Below, in pieces: positions 43,501 to 55,078 of a DNA stretch of 64,000 nucleotides. A model generated the notes under the pieces. The model searched no databases, was not told the origin of the DNA, and saw only the letters and a list, made by a program, of their open reading frames with translations. Source of the DNA: Ascidiella aspersa (lineage: Eukaryota); assembly GCA_963924565.1 (NCBI GenBank), contig OZ004607.1:29388001-29452000 (forward strand). Reading direction: 5' to 3'. A program made the position numbers and the translations under genes. The stretch's first letter is position 1. Each line of letters begins with the position of its first letter.

Positions 43501-46500
43501 TTTCACAAATAAAAATATAAAATATATATATCAAGATTGCTATTAAAATTTATTTTGTATGCTGCCTGATTCATGGTAAAAGTAAATATAATCGTTACCA
43601 ATTGCATTGGTTGTTGCTATTTAAGTAGTAAACCGAAGTAAAAAAAAACAATTTGAGAACGCTTTTATTCTTATTTGTCTGGAATAGCTTTCAAATATTT
43701 TGTAATTACCACTAAAACATGTTTTTTTTGTTTAGAATCCAGCTCTTCGGGCGTATCGTCGTCCGGAATTGGCTCCACCGACCAGCACAAAACCAACCTG
43801 GAAAGAAGTCACTCGCACCTCAGCTCGGCGTCGGCCTCCAGCGACGGATCCACCAAGGTGGGGTCGCGCTCGGGACGCTTCAGCCATATTGCGGCCGCGC
43901 TGCGCTTTGGCTCCAGGGGTGGCGACCAGACTGGCGCCAGCAGCGCCGGGAAGGCAACTGTGCTGCATCTGCCCGCCTCGCAGATGGCCAACGCCGCTCA
44001 CCGCGGTTACATGGACCGACGGGGCAAGAAGAAGCAGTGGGAAAGGTAATTTCGCCTTTTGTCTTTTGTCTCTATAGCAGTGCCACACTCAAAAGATGCA
44101 CAAATACTTTACAAAGGGTGAATGCCGCACTTAAGGCACCACTCGACGATCGTATATAGAGGGATATAGGCAGAATATTGTTGCGGTTGGCACTTGAGCC
44201 TTTGACGCACGCATTCCAAAGAACCACACCCGTAAACAAGAATTGTTTGAGAAGCTTGTTGAACTTTTTAGCCTATAGATAGCAATAGCTCCTCGCATAA
44301 CTTCCGTTTTTGTGAAAAAAATAGCTTGTTTAACTATTTCATGAAATATCCTTGAGCTATATTCGTAAATATCTTGGTAAATTTTAGTGGTTCGATTAGT
44401 ACAAATTTTTTTGCTAGCGTTCTCGAACCTTCTCTCTTGTCAACGAGAAAGTTGTTACCGATTGAACCGGTCGTCGAGTCGAGATTACTTACAGCGAAGA
44501 AAACAAAAATCGAAATCGCCCGCTATTGTTTTCGCGTTGGCCCGCGCCCCGAAGTGCACCCGGTGTTTTGGCATCGAGCGCCTTGGGCAATCGAAGCGAC
44601 ACCCGCCACTTAATGTGATTTGCCTTCGATCGAGTGTACGTGACGGAGTGCTCGAAACCCGATGCTCGAATAACATTGACCGACTAGCAAAGGCCGTTAT
44701 TGGCAATCCCGCGGCGGGATTTTTCCTGTGCGATTCGACCGCGTTCAGCTGCGCAAAGCAATCCAATAAGTAGCGCTCGGTGACCGCCGAAAGGTCGTTG
44801 GCGCACCCGTTTAACATTTCTTCTCTTTATTCAGGTTCTGGTGCGTTCTGCAGGACTCGTGCCTCTACTGTTACAACTCGCCGCAGTCGGCATCGACCCG
44901 CGACGTGATCCTGCTACGCGGCTATGACGTGATCGCCGACGTCATCAACGTGAACCGCAGCCGCTTCATGTTTCGTCTTGCTCAAGAGGTGAGACAGCCC
45001 TTCTTTGTGATACACCCCACAGTCCCCGCCGTCTGTAACAGTTACAATGCGAAGGAAACCCTTCGCTTCACGCACAATGCTAAGTCTCGAGACTTCGCAC
45101 GCCGCGTGTCGATTACAGAACAGAGCCTAGGATGTTCGTTAATAATCGGGCCACTTTAATTTTTATTGATACTTACATTGATTGGGAGACATTTGGATTC
45201 CAGACACGCTATGCAGGCGTGTGAGTGGCTCTCACGCCGCATATTGACTTCCCAACGCTCGCCTAAGCCCGCCCCTCTAACCGCAATCTCTTGTTTCAGG
45301 GCGCGCCAACACTTCACTTCAGCGCCGACAATCACCAAGACTACTTGCTGTGGGTCGGCACCCTGGAGCGCGACACCAGAAGCGTGAACAACCCAGGCAG
45401 CGGAGCCAGTCCGGATGGCAACAGGTAAAATTCGGAAGCCGACACGCGGAGGTGTAAACAAGCGTTTTGTTTCGACATTTTACATCTAATGTAATTTCGG
45501 TGTGGTCGGGAAATGCCAGACATTCTTTGCGACTCTGGCGTTTAAAATTTGCTAAGCGCGCCACATCAGCAATTAAGGACGGATGTTTTATATCTCAAAA
45601 CAAGCAGACCGTTAATCCATTAGCATATTTGAAACACTTTTACGCATAATAACCACTTAACCTGGTAGAAACCGACCTTTTAATTACAGCCTCAAACTCT
45701 AGGGCTTTAACATTTTATTGCTAGTGACCAGTGTTATGAAAGTATTAGAAATTTCAGGCCCATCGTATCAAATGATTTAATAGTAAAAAAATAAGCTTCA
45801 CAACATAAAATTATCATCGCGTGTATTCATAAATTAATTCAGAAACATGATCTATGCAAAATAAACGAAACATACTGACATCCTTCTTGTTCATTTGCAG
45901 AAAAGACACAACTACCAGCAGCAAGTACACCAACAGCCTCTCGCCGGCACACAGTGTGTCCGGAGGATCGCTGAGGAGCAGTGACTCGACCGAGGACGCA
46001 AGCAGGAGCAACCTTGGCTCTTCCCTGAATCACAGCGAGTCCTCCGAGCGCCTCGGTCAAGATCTCGTTGAGATGGAGAAGCACAAGCTCCTCAAGGAGA
46101 TCGTAAACCAGCAGCACCAGATCCTCCACGAGCAAAAGCAGTTGGCGAAAAAGGTGAATAATATAACCAATACATATAATACCTTGGGCGCTTCCTTTTT
46201 TATCATCAAGTATTTTATTTATAATTTAGAGCTATTGTTTTTAAAAGTTGAGTTAAGTTTATAGTTGCATTTTATTACCTTCCTGTTTGAATCTAAATGA
46301 CTGGAAAACAAAGTTTCATACCGCCGGAGCTCTAACATTTAATCATATATTCCACCACGATTTATCAACCACAATTTCGCCATTGTAACCCGCCTTTTTT
46401 CTTCTCAGATTTCCTGTGACTCCCCCTCATCGAGCCCAACTGCCTCGGCCGCGAGCCCGCTAGTTTCCCGCCGCAGCGGCAACAACAGCATTATCGCTTC

Positions 46501-47540
46501 GCCGCCGCCGCCCGCCATCCGTCGCGAGGTTGTACTGAACCGCTTCGAGCGCGTTCGCGATGCCGAGGACCTGAAGATGACCAAGTTCATGACGCACCTG
46601 ACGCGGCGACGTAACTCGGCGCAGCTCAAGGTCGACCAGCTGTCGCGAGAGATCGCACCGCGTACCGGGAAGCGTCGCAGCGCCGACCACCGCCGCTTCG
46701 CCGCCGTCGAGGCGAGATTGGGAGAGATGCGCGCTCGTTTGGCAGGAATCGATGAGGAGATTGCCGTTGGACAAGCTAAACAGCAGAACGTCATCAGCAA
46801 GCTGCGGGAGCGGCAAGACTTCGAGCTTCTGCTGGCTGAACAGCAGGAAACGCTCGCCATCATGCGACGTCACGAGCATGACGTCAGCACCGGTTTGGTC
46901 GTGCCGCCGGCGCGCCGCTTTCACCGTGCTTCCTCCGCCTCAGCAGTGGTCACCGGACGCAGGGAACCGCTCGCATCCATCGAAGACCTCTCGAGCATCT
47001 CGGACTGCTCCTCCTCAGGGTCGCTTGAGCTGTCCTCCGAGAGCAAGGGTGTGATCCGAACCATGTCCACCCCGCGACAGCAGAGGAGCGAACAAGGCGT
47101 CCGACAGTCTGTCGTCATTCCCTTGTCTTCCGACTCTATTGATTCCGCAACTGAGGAGTACAACCAAAGAGTGATCCGTCCTTCCGGTCTCTGCAGTCGT
47201 AGCTCCTCCAGCATTGAGGATCCCATCGCCTCCTCCTCTATGAGTTGCTCCGCCTCCTCACTCCCGGCTGCCCCCAGCCAATCCTCGGATGTTGATCCTG
47301 CTGTCATGGCTGAAATTGAGGTAGGCGTCCTCACTTGTTACTATAACTAGATCTAAGATAGAAAATAATTATGATTTTTGATCTACGCTAAGTAACTGAT
47401 CTTATTTTTAAATACACTGTATCTTGTTGATTAAACTTTCTATTTTCTAAACCGATTTCCTTTTTATTTAGATGTTCGAGCAATTCTCAGCGCTTACTTT
47501 GCAAAAGATTCAAAGCAGATCGCCGCAAAATTCTCTGTAG
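24315..47540 (+). CDS. Gene B: spliced ~1812-aa protein with three pleckstrin-homology (PH) domains, long Ser-rich linkers and a C-terminal coiled coil
   Basis: Exons: 24315-24377, 27377-27537, 28410-28788, 31002-31177, 32111-32409, 33727-33817, 34759-34874, 35588-35675, 36770-36903, 37749-37836, 37912-38145, 38684-38916, 39722-39811, 41098-42447, 42611-42669, 43436-43490, 43736-44045, 44835-44988, 45300-45424, 45901-46153, 46409-47320, 47472-47540 (TAG). The sum is 5439 nt and all phases are compatible. An in-frame TAG at 24279 lies upstream of ATG 24315. It could instead be two genes or isoforms joined at the 41098-42447 exon. Confidence 0.8.
26366..26726. mobile_element. hAT-type MITE (non-autonomous), gene B intron 1
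   Basis: TIRs CGGCGGTTCTCAACC / GGTTGAGAACCACTG; flanks GCTTAATG / GCGCAATG (6/8, decayed 8-bp TSD); repeated TGGGCCA subterminal motifs. Confidence 0.8.
30625..30962. mobile_element. hAT-type MITE, gene B intron 3
   Basis: TIRs CAGTGGATCTCAACC / GGTTAAAAATCACTG; perfect 8-bp TSD ATTTAGCA (30617-30624, 30963-30970). Confidence 0.85.
35187..35523. mobile_element. Degenerate hAT-type MITE, gene B intron
   Basis: Ends CAGGGGTTCCTATACT / AGTTTATAAACAACTG (11/16 inverted match); flanks GTGTCGGG / GTGTAGGA (6/8); GGGGTCCA- and GGTCCAC-type subterminal motifs. Confidence 0.65.
38684..41190 (+). other. PH domain 2 of gene B (spliced over 3 exons)
   Basis: LEGALFRRKRLKWSRTWAVLHTSKMMAFYKD...PLFLIDL...SFTLTS...VQLLCKSVPEFVYWIKAF. 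Confidence 0.8.
38931..39352 (+). repeat. Diverged direct duplication (~150-180 bp x2) in a gene B intron
   Basis: AAATTTGTTGGAACACAATCTA...GGTTTGTCGT...CAAGTTGAATATA...TTGTTTGTCACTTTATG...AATTCAAAGTTGAGT occurs at ~38931-39079 and ~39173-39352. Confidence 0.85.
43990..45375 (+). other. PH domain 3 of gene B (spliced over 3 exons)
   Basis: HRGYMDRRGKKKQWERFWCVLQDSCLYCYNS...ILLRGYDV...RFMFRLAQEGAPTLHFSADNHQDYLLWVGTLERD: canonical PH pattern with a basic beta1-beta2 loop. Confidence 0.9.
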
Positions 47541-47839
47541 AGAGTTTGCAGTTTTCTCGACGAGGCTTATTTCTTTTCTTTTTAAATTGAATTAGTTCCT
47601 ACAACTTGTTATTTCTGTGCCAAAGTACGTTGCTATTTTTGTATGTGCTATTACATTCTTTTTAATTTTACGTTGTTATTTGCGCTTCCTGTTATAAGCT
47701 TAATTTTATCTTTTTTATAAGCATAATACGTTTGTTAATATTCTTGCTTTCTGTATTTGTTTTTTCCGATTTGTTTTTCGCAGTGGCCGTTTTAATAAGA
47801 CTGTGGCCATAGACAACTGTTGTTTATGTTTTTGCGTCA

Positions 47840-47845
47840 ATTAAA
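47840..47845 (+). terminator. Putative poly(A) signal (ATTAAA) of gene B
   Basis: Ends a ~300-nt very T-rich 3' UTR and is followed by GTTGTT tracts. Confidence 0.4.
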
Positions 47846-48914
47846 CACGTTTAAAGTAACTAAAACTTGGAAGTTGTTGCAATTGTTGTCGAGCAGCTCA
47901 GGGTTTGCATCTAATCTACATTGACATCATCTAAACGTCTAACTAACTACAGAAACACCACGATTTGGAAAATAACTTTGTATTTTCTTTGTACAGCATA
48001 TATAGCACATAATTACGAATTGTTTTTTAAAATTGCCTCTGAAACCTAATTACGTTGGGTTTTGCGAAACTCTATTTTGAAAAAATAGTCTTCTATATCA
48101 ACGCTAGGCCTACTACGGAAATTTAAAACCAAGCATGCTTCCAAATGCCTACGTACATTGCTTAATATGCGACATCTAAATGCAAAATAAAACAATAAAT
48201 ATAGAATTTGGCTGGCTAAAATTTACGTTATTCGCGGTTCACGACTCGTATAACGTTGGTCATTATAAGAACTAAAGAGAGGATTCGGGCCAAACACGAA
48301 AACCTTTTGTATTAAGCGAGTTATGCATTTTCTTGGGATCCAGCCTTAGTGTGATGGGCTACATTTATATTAATGTTGGCACATAAAATAATCGTCAACT
48401 ACATTAAACCTAAACAATGTACGATGTCAAACAATTAATGACATGACATACAATCGTTGCGGCAATTTTAAATTGTCTGACCACGTGGCTCGCGGAAGCC
48501 ATGGTTAAATTGGCCAAACTTTTGGTCCATAAACTTAACACAGGCGGGTTAACGAGATTGTTGATTTGCAATAATTTATTCTATTCGACTGTATGACCAA
48601 TATATTTCAACTGTATCACTTATAACTTTATTATTAGTTTATTATTTAAACCTAAAATATGCACTGTTTGTTGTCTCAATGTAGGAGTAGGTGTTGCTTG
48701 ATAAGATAAAATACACCCAACCTCCTATGGTATTTGGTGACGAGCTACTATTGTTTTTAATTAGCGAAGCAGTGACATCGGGTGATTTGTGTTGAGTTTT
48801 CGTGTTCAGAATGGTGACGACAGAGAAACCTTCCTTTGAACAAAATGGGGAAAAATCGTGCGGAAATGCGTGTAGGAAATCGACGAAGTTATGTAAGAGT
48901 TTTCTGTATTCTGT

Positions 48915-51900
48915 TCATCCATGTCCAGTTAGACTGCAAGAATCAAGGGAAATAAGGTTGTTGAGTTTTGATGCATCGTCAACGGTTTTCACAAGGCGCC
49001 AGGCGTTTGCTTGTAAGTTGTAAGCATGAATTCGACCATGATTTTCTCTGCAAGCAGATACAACATTATTAGTGTCCTCATTGCACTTATATATATCGCT
49101 CTTCTGTTTACGTCTTCTATACCTTTTAACAGCTACAACAATTTCGCCGAAGCAGGTACATGCATCAAGTAAATAATCCACGTCATTTAACTGACAAACG
49201 TTAAAATCTGGTGGTCGTTGTAGCTGTTGTCTATTTTGAAGTGCAACTGTTATTAACATTTCAACTTTCAGTTTTCTACCTGAAAAGAATGAAAATGTAA
49301 TTTTGTTTTAAAATATTTTGTGCTGCCTAACTTAGGGTAAGTTGATGATCTTTCATTGACGTGTTTCGATTTTCACGTTAACCAATTCAAAACTCACGTA
49401 ATATGTGAATCAGGTATTTTGTGTTGTTTAAAACCAAGATTTTAAATGGATTTTGGCTGTACAAAGCAGTTTCAATCCTTTCTCTGATTTGAGTTTCTGT
49501 ATTGAAAACTAGATTTGCCGTTTCACTACATACATGGAGAGAACCTGTCAATGTAATTACGTTAAGACATGGTCCCAGATGTGATACATATGACACGTAG
49601 TGTAAAATTGAATGTTACCTTCTATCATAAACAACTTAAGATGAGTGTTCAAACTGCAATTAAAACCACTCTTGTAAACCCAGCGTTCGTCACGTGGTGT
49701 AAACACCCCAACATGGAACGTTTCGGCTTCACTACCTGTCTTCCCGAGCAGATAGATTTGATCTATAATATCCAAAGTTCAATCACAATTACCATGCGAC
49801 GACATGGTTAAGGCCTCTTCTAATTTACGACAAGTTTACAATACCAGAAACGTTGTATACTCGGTAATATACAGAGTTAAAGCCAATTACCTTGGTAAAC
49901 GACAGACGAAGACACCCTCTGTGCAATTTGATTGGACGGCTGAGGCTCCCAACCTAAAGTTAAGGAATTTCTCAGGTTTAGCCGGAACACAGACGAAGCG
50001 GTTTCACCGCTATTTACACTGCACATCATGTATAGGTGTTCATCGAGAACTGCGAAGCTTGTACCCTGGCTCATTTTTGTTACATCCTACAAAAGATGTA
50101 TAAGCCCAATGCAGTACAATAAAACAGAACGTTGATAACTACAGTATTATTAGAATAGCACAAGTACGGATGTAGGATTTTTGTTTGGGGAGGGGTATAA
50201 AACATTTTAGGCTTGACGTCACAAATTACGTCATGACGTGACGTCATAAAACAATTAATTTTAATAACACTCGTTGACGTCGATCGAACTCGTGCTCCAC
50301 TCCCAAGTGAATCCGCTCTATTAGCGCAAAACGCCCCAAAATACGTTTATTTGGTTTAAAATGGCAAAACTTTCAACGTAAAAGGGTACGTGACGTATTA
50401 GGCACATAAAAGAGATTCAAACATTCGCGAAGTAAAAGTGTAGAGATTAATTAATCGAAAACATTCTGTAGTATACATGGTGTATTTTGGGCTAGATTTC
50501 CTAAACCCGACGAAAACCGGATCCTCCCATTCAAAGAATATTTGTCTTTCAGTCCTAAGTTACTTGACACGATTCAAAGTTTATAGTTTCTGTTTTTATT
50601 TTAAAATGTGTTGTTAGAGTTGGCGCACCTGTAAATATTTGAAAATGATTTTCAATACCGGGGTTAGGCTTTTTCTATAAAGGCTTACCCAGGCTGATAA
50701 TATACCTCACAAATAATATTTTCTTTTGCAGAAGTAACATCCAAAAGTGTTAAACAAGTTGCGCCTTCGTCCATAATTAGAACACTCCTTTGGAACTCTG
50801 TTGTAAAAACAGCATGTGAGATAAAATACAAGTACATACACAGTATATACTCTCAGTACATACGGGGACGTTTTGCATGAAGAATTTGTTTCCACTTTTG
50901 GTTTATTCTTCGGAAACACTCAGGATGTTGTTCCAGTATAATCTACAATCAGCAATATTCTTATTATTTGGTCGTAAATTTCCCCCAATTTCACTCAAGT
51001 GCAAATGAATAAAATGGTCAAAATTAAATCTTAAACGAGAGGCCAGATGTATATCATAAATTGTTATTTGTTGATGAGTGTGGGAGGCGGATTTCCTTAA
51101 TAATATGTCATATAACATCAACAAATTTTAGACAAGTTTTTTTTTTTTCTTAAAGTTTGGAAACGCATCTTTAGTGTGCTTACAAAATATACACTAAATT
51201 CCCACAAATCAGAAAAGAAAAAGAAATGTTAGGAGAATGGGAAATTGATTAAAATGACAAAATTAACAGTGAGCTAAAAGTTAAGCAGCTAAACACCAAA
51301 ACGCCACTTGTTATTTTTATCACACCATGCGTCGTTAAACAGACCTTATATTAAAATCAAAGCTAGTTAACGTGGAATTTAAGGCAGTTTACACAATTTA
51401 GGCTGGTTTAGGGGTTAATATGCAAAAGATTTTTGTTGAGCCTAATTTATGACGTGTATTCAGTGTCCCCTAAAATCCAAGAATCATTTGCCTAATCCAC
51501 ATAATTTAGCCATGAGGGTTGATTGTTCTAACGTGTGATTTAATAACGACATTGCGACAGTATGTGACCATAAGACAAATCTCTTTTACAAAGTAGTACT
51601 CCAACTTCTGACCTTACTGAAACTTATCTATGGCAAAGGTTGATTTTGAGAGGCACAACAATTGGCCTCAAAACTTAACTCGTTTGTCATTGATTACTTG
51701 GTATTACCTCGTTTGCGATTTGTTGATCAAAAAAGTTCTCATCGACATGGTCCAGGTCTATAAGCTTGAACAAATCGGGGTAGTGGATTTCTCTTCCCTT
51801 CTCATAACTAACCCATCTCTTCACATACTTATATGCAACTTTCTCCTCGCTTCCCTGAAATATGATACCAGAACACGACACCAGATTATTTTGGACAAAC

Positions 51901-53959
51901 AACTGTGACTAAATTATATTCGTAAAACACAAGGCACTTTTAGTATATTTTTCATGTGAACAGCAGTAAGTAAATATCGGTAAAACCTAATTGACTGCTT
52001 TTAATGAACGTAATTCTCTTGATATATAATTGAAACTATAGCTAAACGGCTACATGTAAACGAATTAGTATTTTACACGTGAACATCAGTTAGTAAATAA
52101 CGGTACTTGATTTTGCTGACATAAACATCAACAAGGATATTATCGTACATTTCCAAAAGAATAGCTTATAAATGTAAATTCAACCCGTTAAAGTAAGTTT
52201 GTCTTTATTCACATACAATTTGTCTTAGTGTCCAGCTGGTAGCCACGAAAACTCTTAACTTATAATATTATAAAATATAAGTCTTTTATAAAAGACTAAC
52301 ATGCGCCCCAAGCCAACGATGAATTAGACTAGGTTAATTGCCTTTTAAACTGTATATTCAATTAGGCCTATGCCATACCGTTTCCGACTTCATTGCAACA
52401 AAAATAGTGAAATCAGTAAAAGACATAGATAACATAGATTCATTGGGAGGAAATTTTACAAAATTTTCGTTGATGAAGCGTAAAATTTCTTGATTTAACT
52501 CGTCAACAAAAAATTGTTTGGCGATATTCCAAAATTCCATGCAGTTTTCAATCGTTAAATTTGCAATGTAAAACGTTGCACATATTTTCATCAAGCCTGT
52601 TATGATATATACAAAATGTTCACTTAAACACTGAATTTAATTAGCTCAAGTTGGCTTACAGGGAATTTCCAAATAGTTTGCAGCCTCAAGAATCGCCAGT
52701 GCATTTTCGTCTGTTATGTCAACTCTGGCCGTGTACATAAATTGTAGAGCAGCTTGTAACATGGGGGCCGACACTCCTTCCAATGGAACAATTTTTGCAT
52801 ATTTTTCGCTCATCTGAAAACATAGTAACTTTTACAGTGTCCTTCCTGGTTACCATTCATTGTATAAAGGTATGTTTTAGAATGCTGGTCGATTGCTTGA
52901 ACTAATGTTCACCGTATTGTCTTACTTACTTCGGATGTAAACATTGCTTCAAAAAATTTCGATTGGGCCGCTATTATACTTTTATGGACAGGAAATTCTT
53001 CGCCTTGGCATTGAAGTCGAACGTCGCAAAACGTGCTCTCTTGACGAAATCTTGATAATATAAACAGATTATATGTTTTTCAAAGCATGTTTAGGACCTT
53101 TATAAACTCTAACAAAGCGAGTTGGACTTAAAATATCTCCAGGTTTTTGTACACCAGGTACCTTCGGAAAAGCTATTAACAAAATCACTTGACCGAATCA
53201 GGATAGTTGTGGAAGCAAGGCCAGTATAGAAACACAACAAGCCTACAGTGATATTCGATCTCACGACAACGGCCAGACGGGGACCCTCTCTCTATCAAAT
53301 GAGCTGCACACGCTCAGAAGGAGCAGATCGCGAGAAACGACCATTGCACCATTGCCTGCTGCATCCTGTTTGTGCGTATTACTTCATGTTAGGGGATCAA
53401 CAGGCCGGATTACCAACTGAGCTTGAATCCACATTGGTATATATGCCCCGCTGAAATAGTACTTATACCACGATTACGGCATACTTATAATAATATACCA
53501 GGAAGTGAAATCTATAGACCTACTCAGAATTGCCAACTGAATAATTTTTTTGCCAAACTTGCAACAACGAATTATTATATTTTTTGCTTTCAGATAATCC
53601 TTAGTATGCTTACGACTTGGCTATTCAGAGCTGTGTGGGTAACGGTTGTTTTAAAGGAAAGTTTTATCTCTAAATCTAGATGAATTTATTTCTGCAAGAA
53701 ATTTTTCTTGTGGCCAATTCATTAAAAGCAGTTTATCACACGGCTGAAGTTACGCTATCTCCTAAACAATATTCTACGTCCGCCGTGGCACTACATTGGC
53801 GAAATTTGTCAACCGTAAATAAAATAAAAAATGCGAACACAATTCAAGTTCTTGAGCGACCATGCAGCTAAAATATTTATTTAATACAGCGGTTTCCAAG
53901 GCTTACCTGCTTAAATTGGTGAGAAGGTGTTCATGGTGTTGTTTGGCTTGATCTTCCAT
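48915..53959 (-). CDS. Gene C: BTB-BACK protein with divergent kelch-like C-terminal repeats (KLHL/KBTBD-like, putative Cullin-3 adaptor), ~546-571 aa
   Basis: Minus-strand exons: 53959-53907, 53050-52930, 52813-52660, 52596-52379, 51854-51708, 50942-50864, 50797-50706, 50086-49891, 49762-49619, 49544-49398, 49279-48915 (possible 75-nt intron at 49122-49048). BTB: FCDVRLQCQGEEFPVHKSIIAAQSKFFEAMFTSEMSEK...LQFMYTARVDITDENALAILEAANYLEIP. BACK: LTIENCMEFW...EEKVAYKYVKRWVSY. Confidence 0.88.
53186..53451 (-). other. GC-richer intronic insert, candidate tRNA-derived SINE or structured ncRNA
   Basis: On the minus strand it has an A-box-like AGCTCAGTTGGTA (53423-53411), a B-box-like GTTGATCCCC, and several helices that need G-U pairs available only on that strand. 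Confidence 0.35.
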
Positions 53960-54466
53960 TCTACGTTTTTCCTTAACAAATATTAATTTGAAAGCATTCT
54001 GTGAAATTAATGTCAAACAACGGCAACAACCTGCTGCAAACTAAAGCCAGATTGTATACCAGTCCTGTAGAGAAAATTAATAAAAATTGTAGAACAGAAC
54101 TACTTATCCAATGGCTTTAATTTCATTGGCCTTTGTAAAATTAACATAATTTCGACGTCAATTATTGAAATACTACTTGGGACACGTCTGAAACAGTGTT
54201 TTTGCCACAATACTAAACTGGTTTGAATAGCTCATCTATTCCAAACAAATGTATATTCTACAAAGGGATCAGGAAGGTTGCGACACAGAATATTAACAAA
54301 GAAAACTTTTGTTCTTCGCCATACTTACAAGGATAACGTGATACTTTACGAGTTGCGCCACATTAAGACAAAAGACAGTTACACGCCAAAGGATCAAGTT
54401 TCCCCCCATCAAATTGGCGAACTTCCGTATTTCTGTTGTGAATTAAACTTTCTCGTTAATTTAGAC

Positions 54467-54790
54467 CAGGGGTGTGCAACTCAAACATGCTGACGTGCCA
54501 GTTTTTATCTTATAACTTCTTCCCGTGCGTAAGTTTAGCAACTATTTTTTTGTAATAATAAAACGCTTTTATACAAAAAATAAAAACAGTAAAGTGTTAT
54601 AATATGAGGAGTAATTGTTTGTTGTTGTAATTGCTGGGATTGTTTTGTATTGTGAATAAACAATAACAATTGGCTGTGTAACAAATTTAGCTTTTTTGGC
54701 AATTGGCTGTATTTCATGGGGGCTTGCGTGCCATTTTTTATTAGGTCGCGTGCCACATTTGGCACGCGTGCCTCATGTTGGACACCCCTG
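54467..54790. mobile_element. hAT-type MITE between divergently oriented genes C and D
   Basis: TIRs CAGGGGTGTGCAAC / GTTGGACACCCCTG (13/14); perfect 8-bp TSD ATTTAGAC; subterminal palindrome CGCGTGCCA-CATT-TGGCACGCG. Confidence 0.9.
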
Positions 54791-54975
54791 ATTTAGACTG
54801 TCAAACACGGTTATTCCATTATATAACGTTTCAGGAATTTGTAGCAAAACGAAGATATAAAAGGTTATTTTGGTATTATTTTTAAAAACATAACTCAGCA
54901 ATAGGTTATAACGCAGTGCCCTCAAACTTGAGAGATGGTTACGTTTTATATATCTACAGGCCATGTTTGCACCCA

Positions 54976-55078
54976 ATGAAGCAAAAAAACACATTGTTGC
55001 CTTATAGATTCGCACTTTGTTGTTTGTACCACAAATGAAGCAAAAACACATTGTTTCCTTATAGATTCGTACTTTGTT
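54976..55078 (+). repeat. Short tandem duplication (~57-bp period, 2 copies)
   Basis: AATGAAGCAAAAA(AA)CACATTGTT(G/T)CCTTATAGATTCG(C/T)ACTTTGTT occurs twice. Confidence 0.8.

Noticed and set aside
53255-53350. Complete HDV-like ribozyme
   Set aside because: An L3-like UCCCCGU is present, but P3 is incomplete and the P1.1 GG and the C-containing J4/2 could not be placed; kept only as a generic structured candidate.
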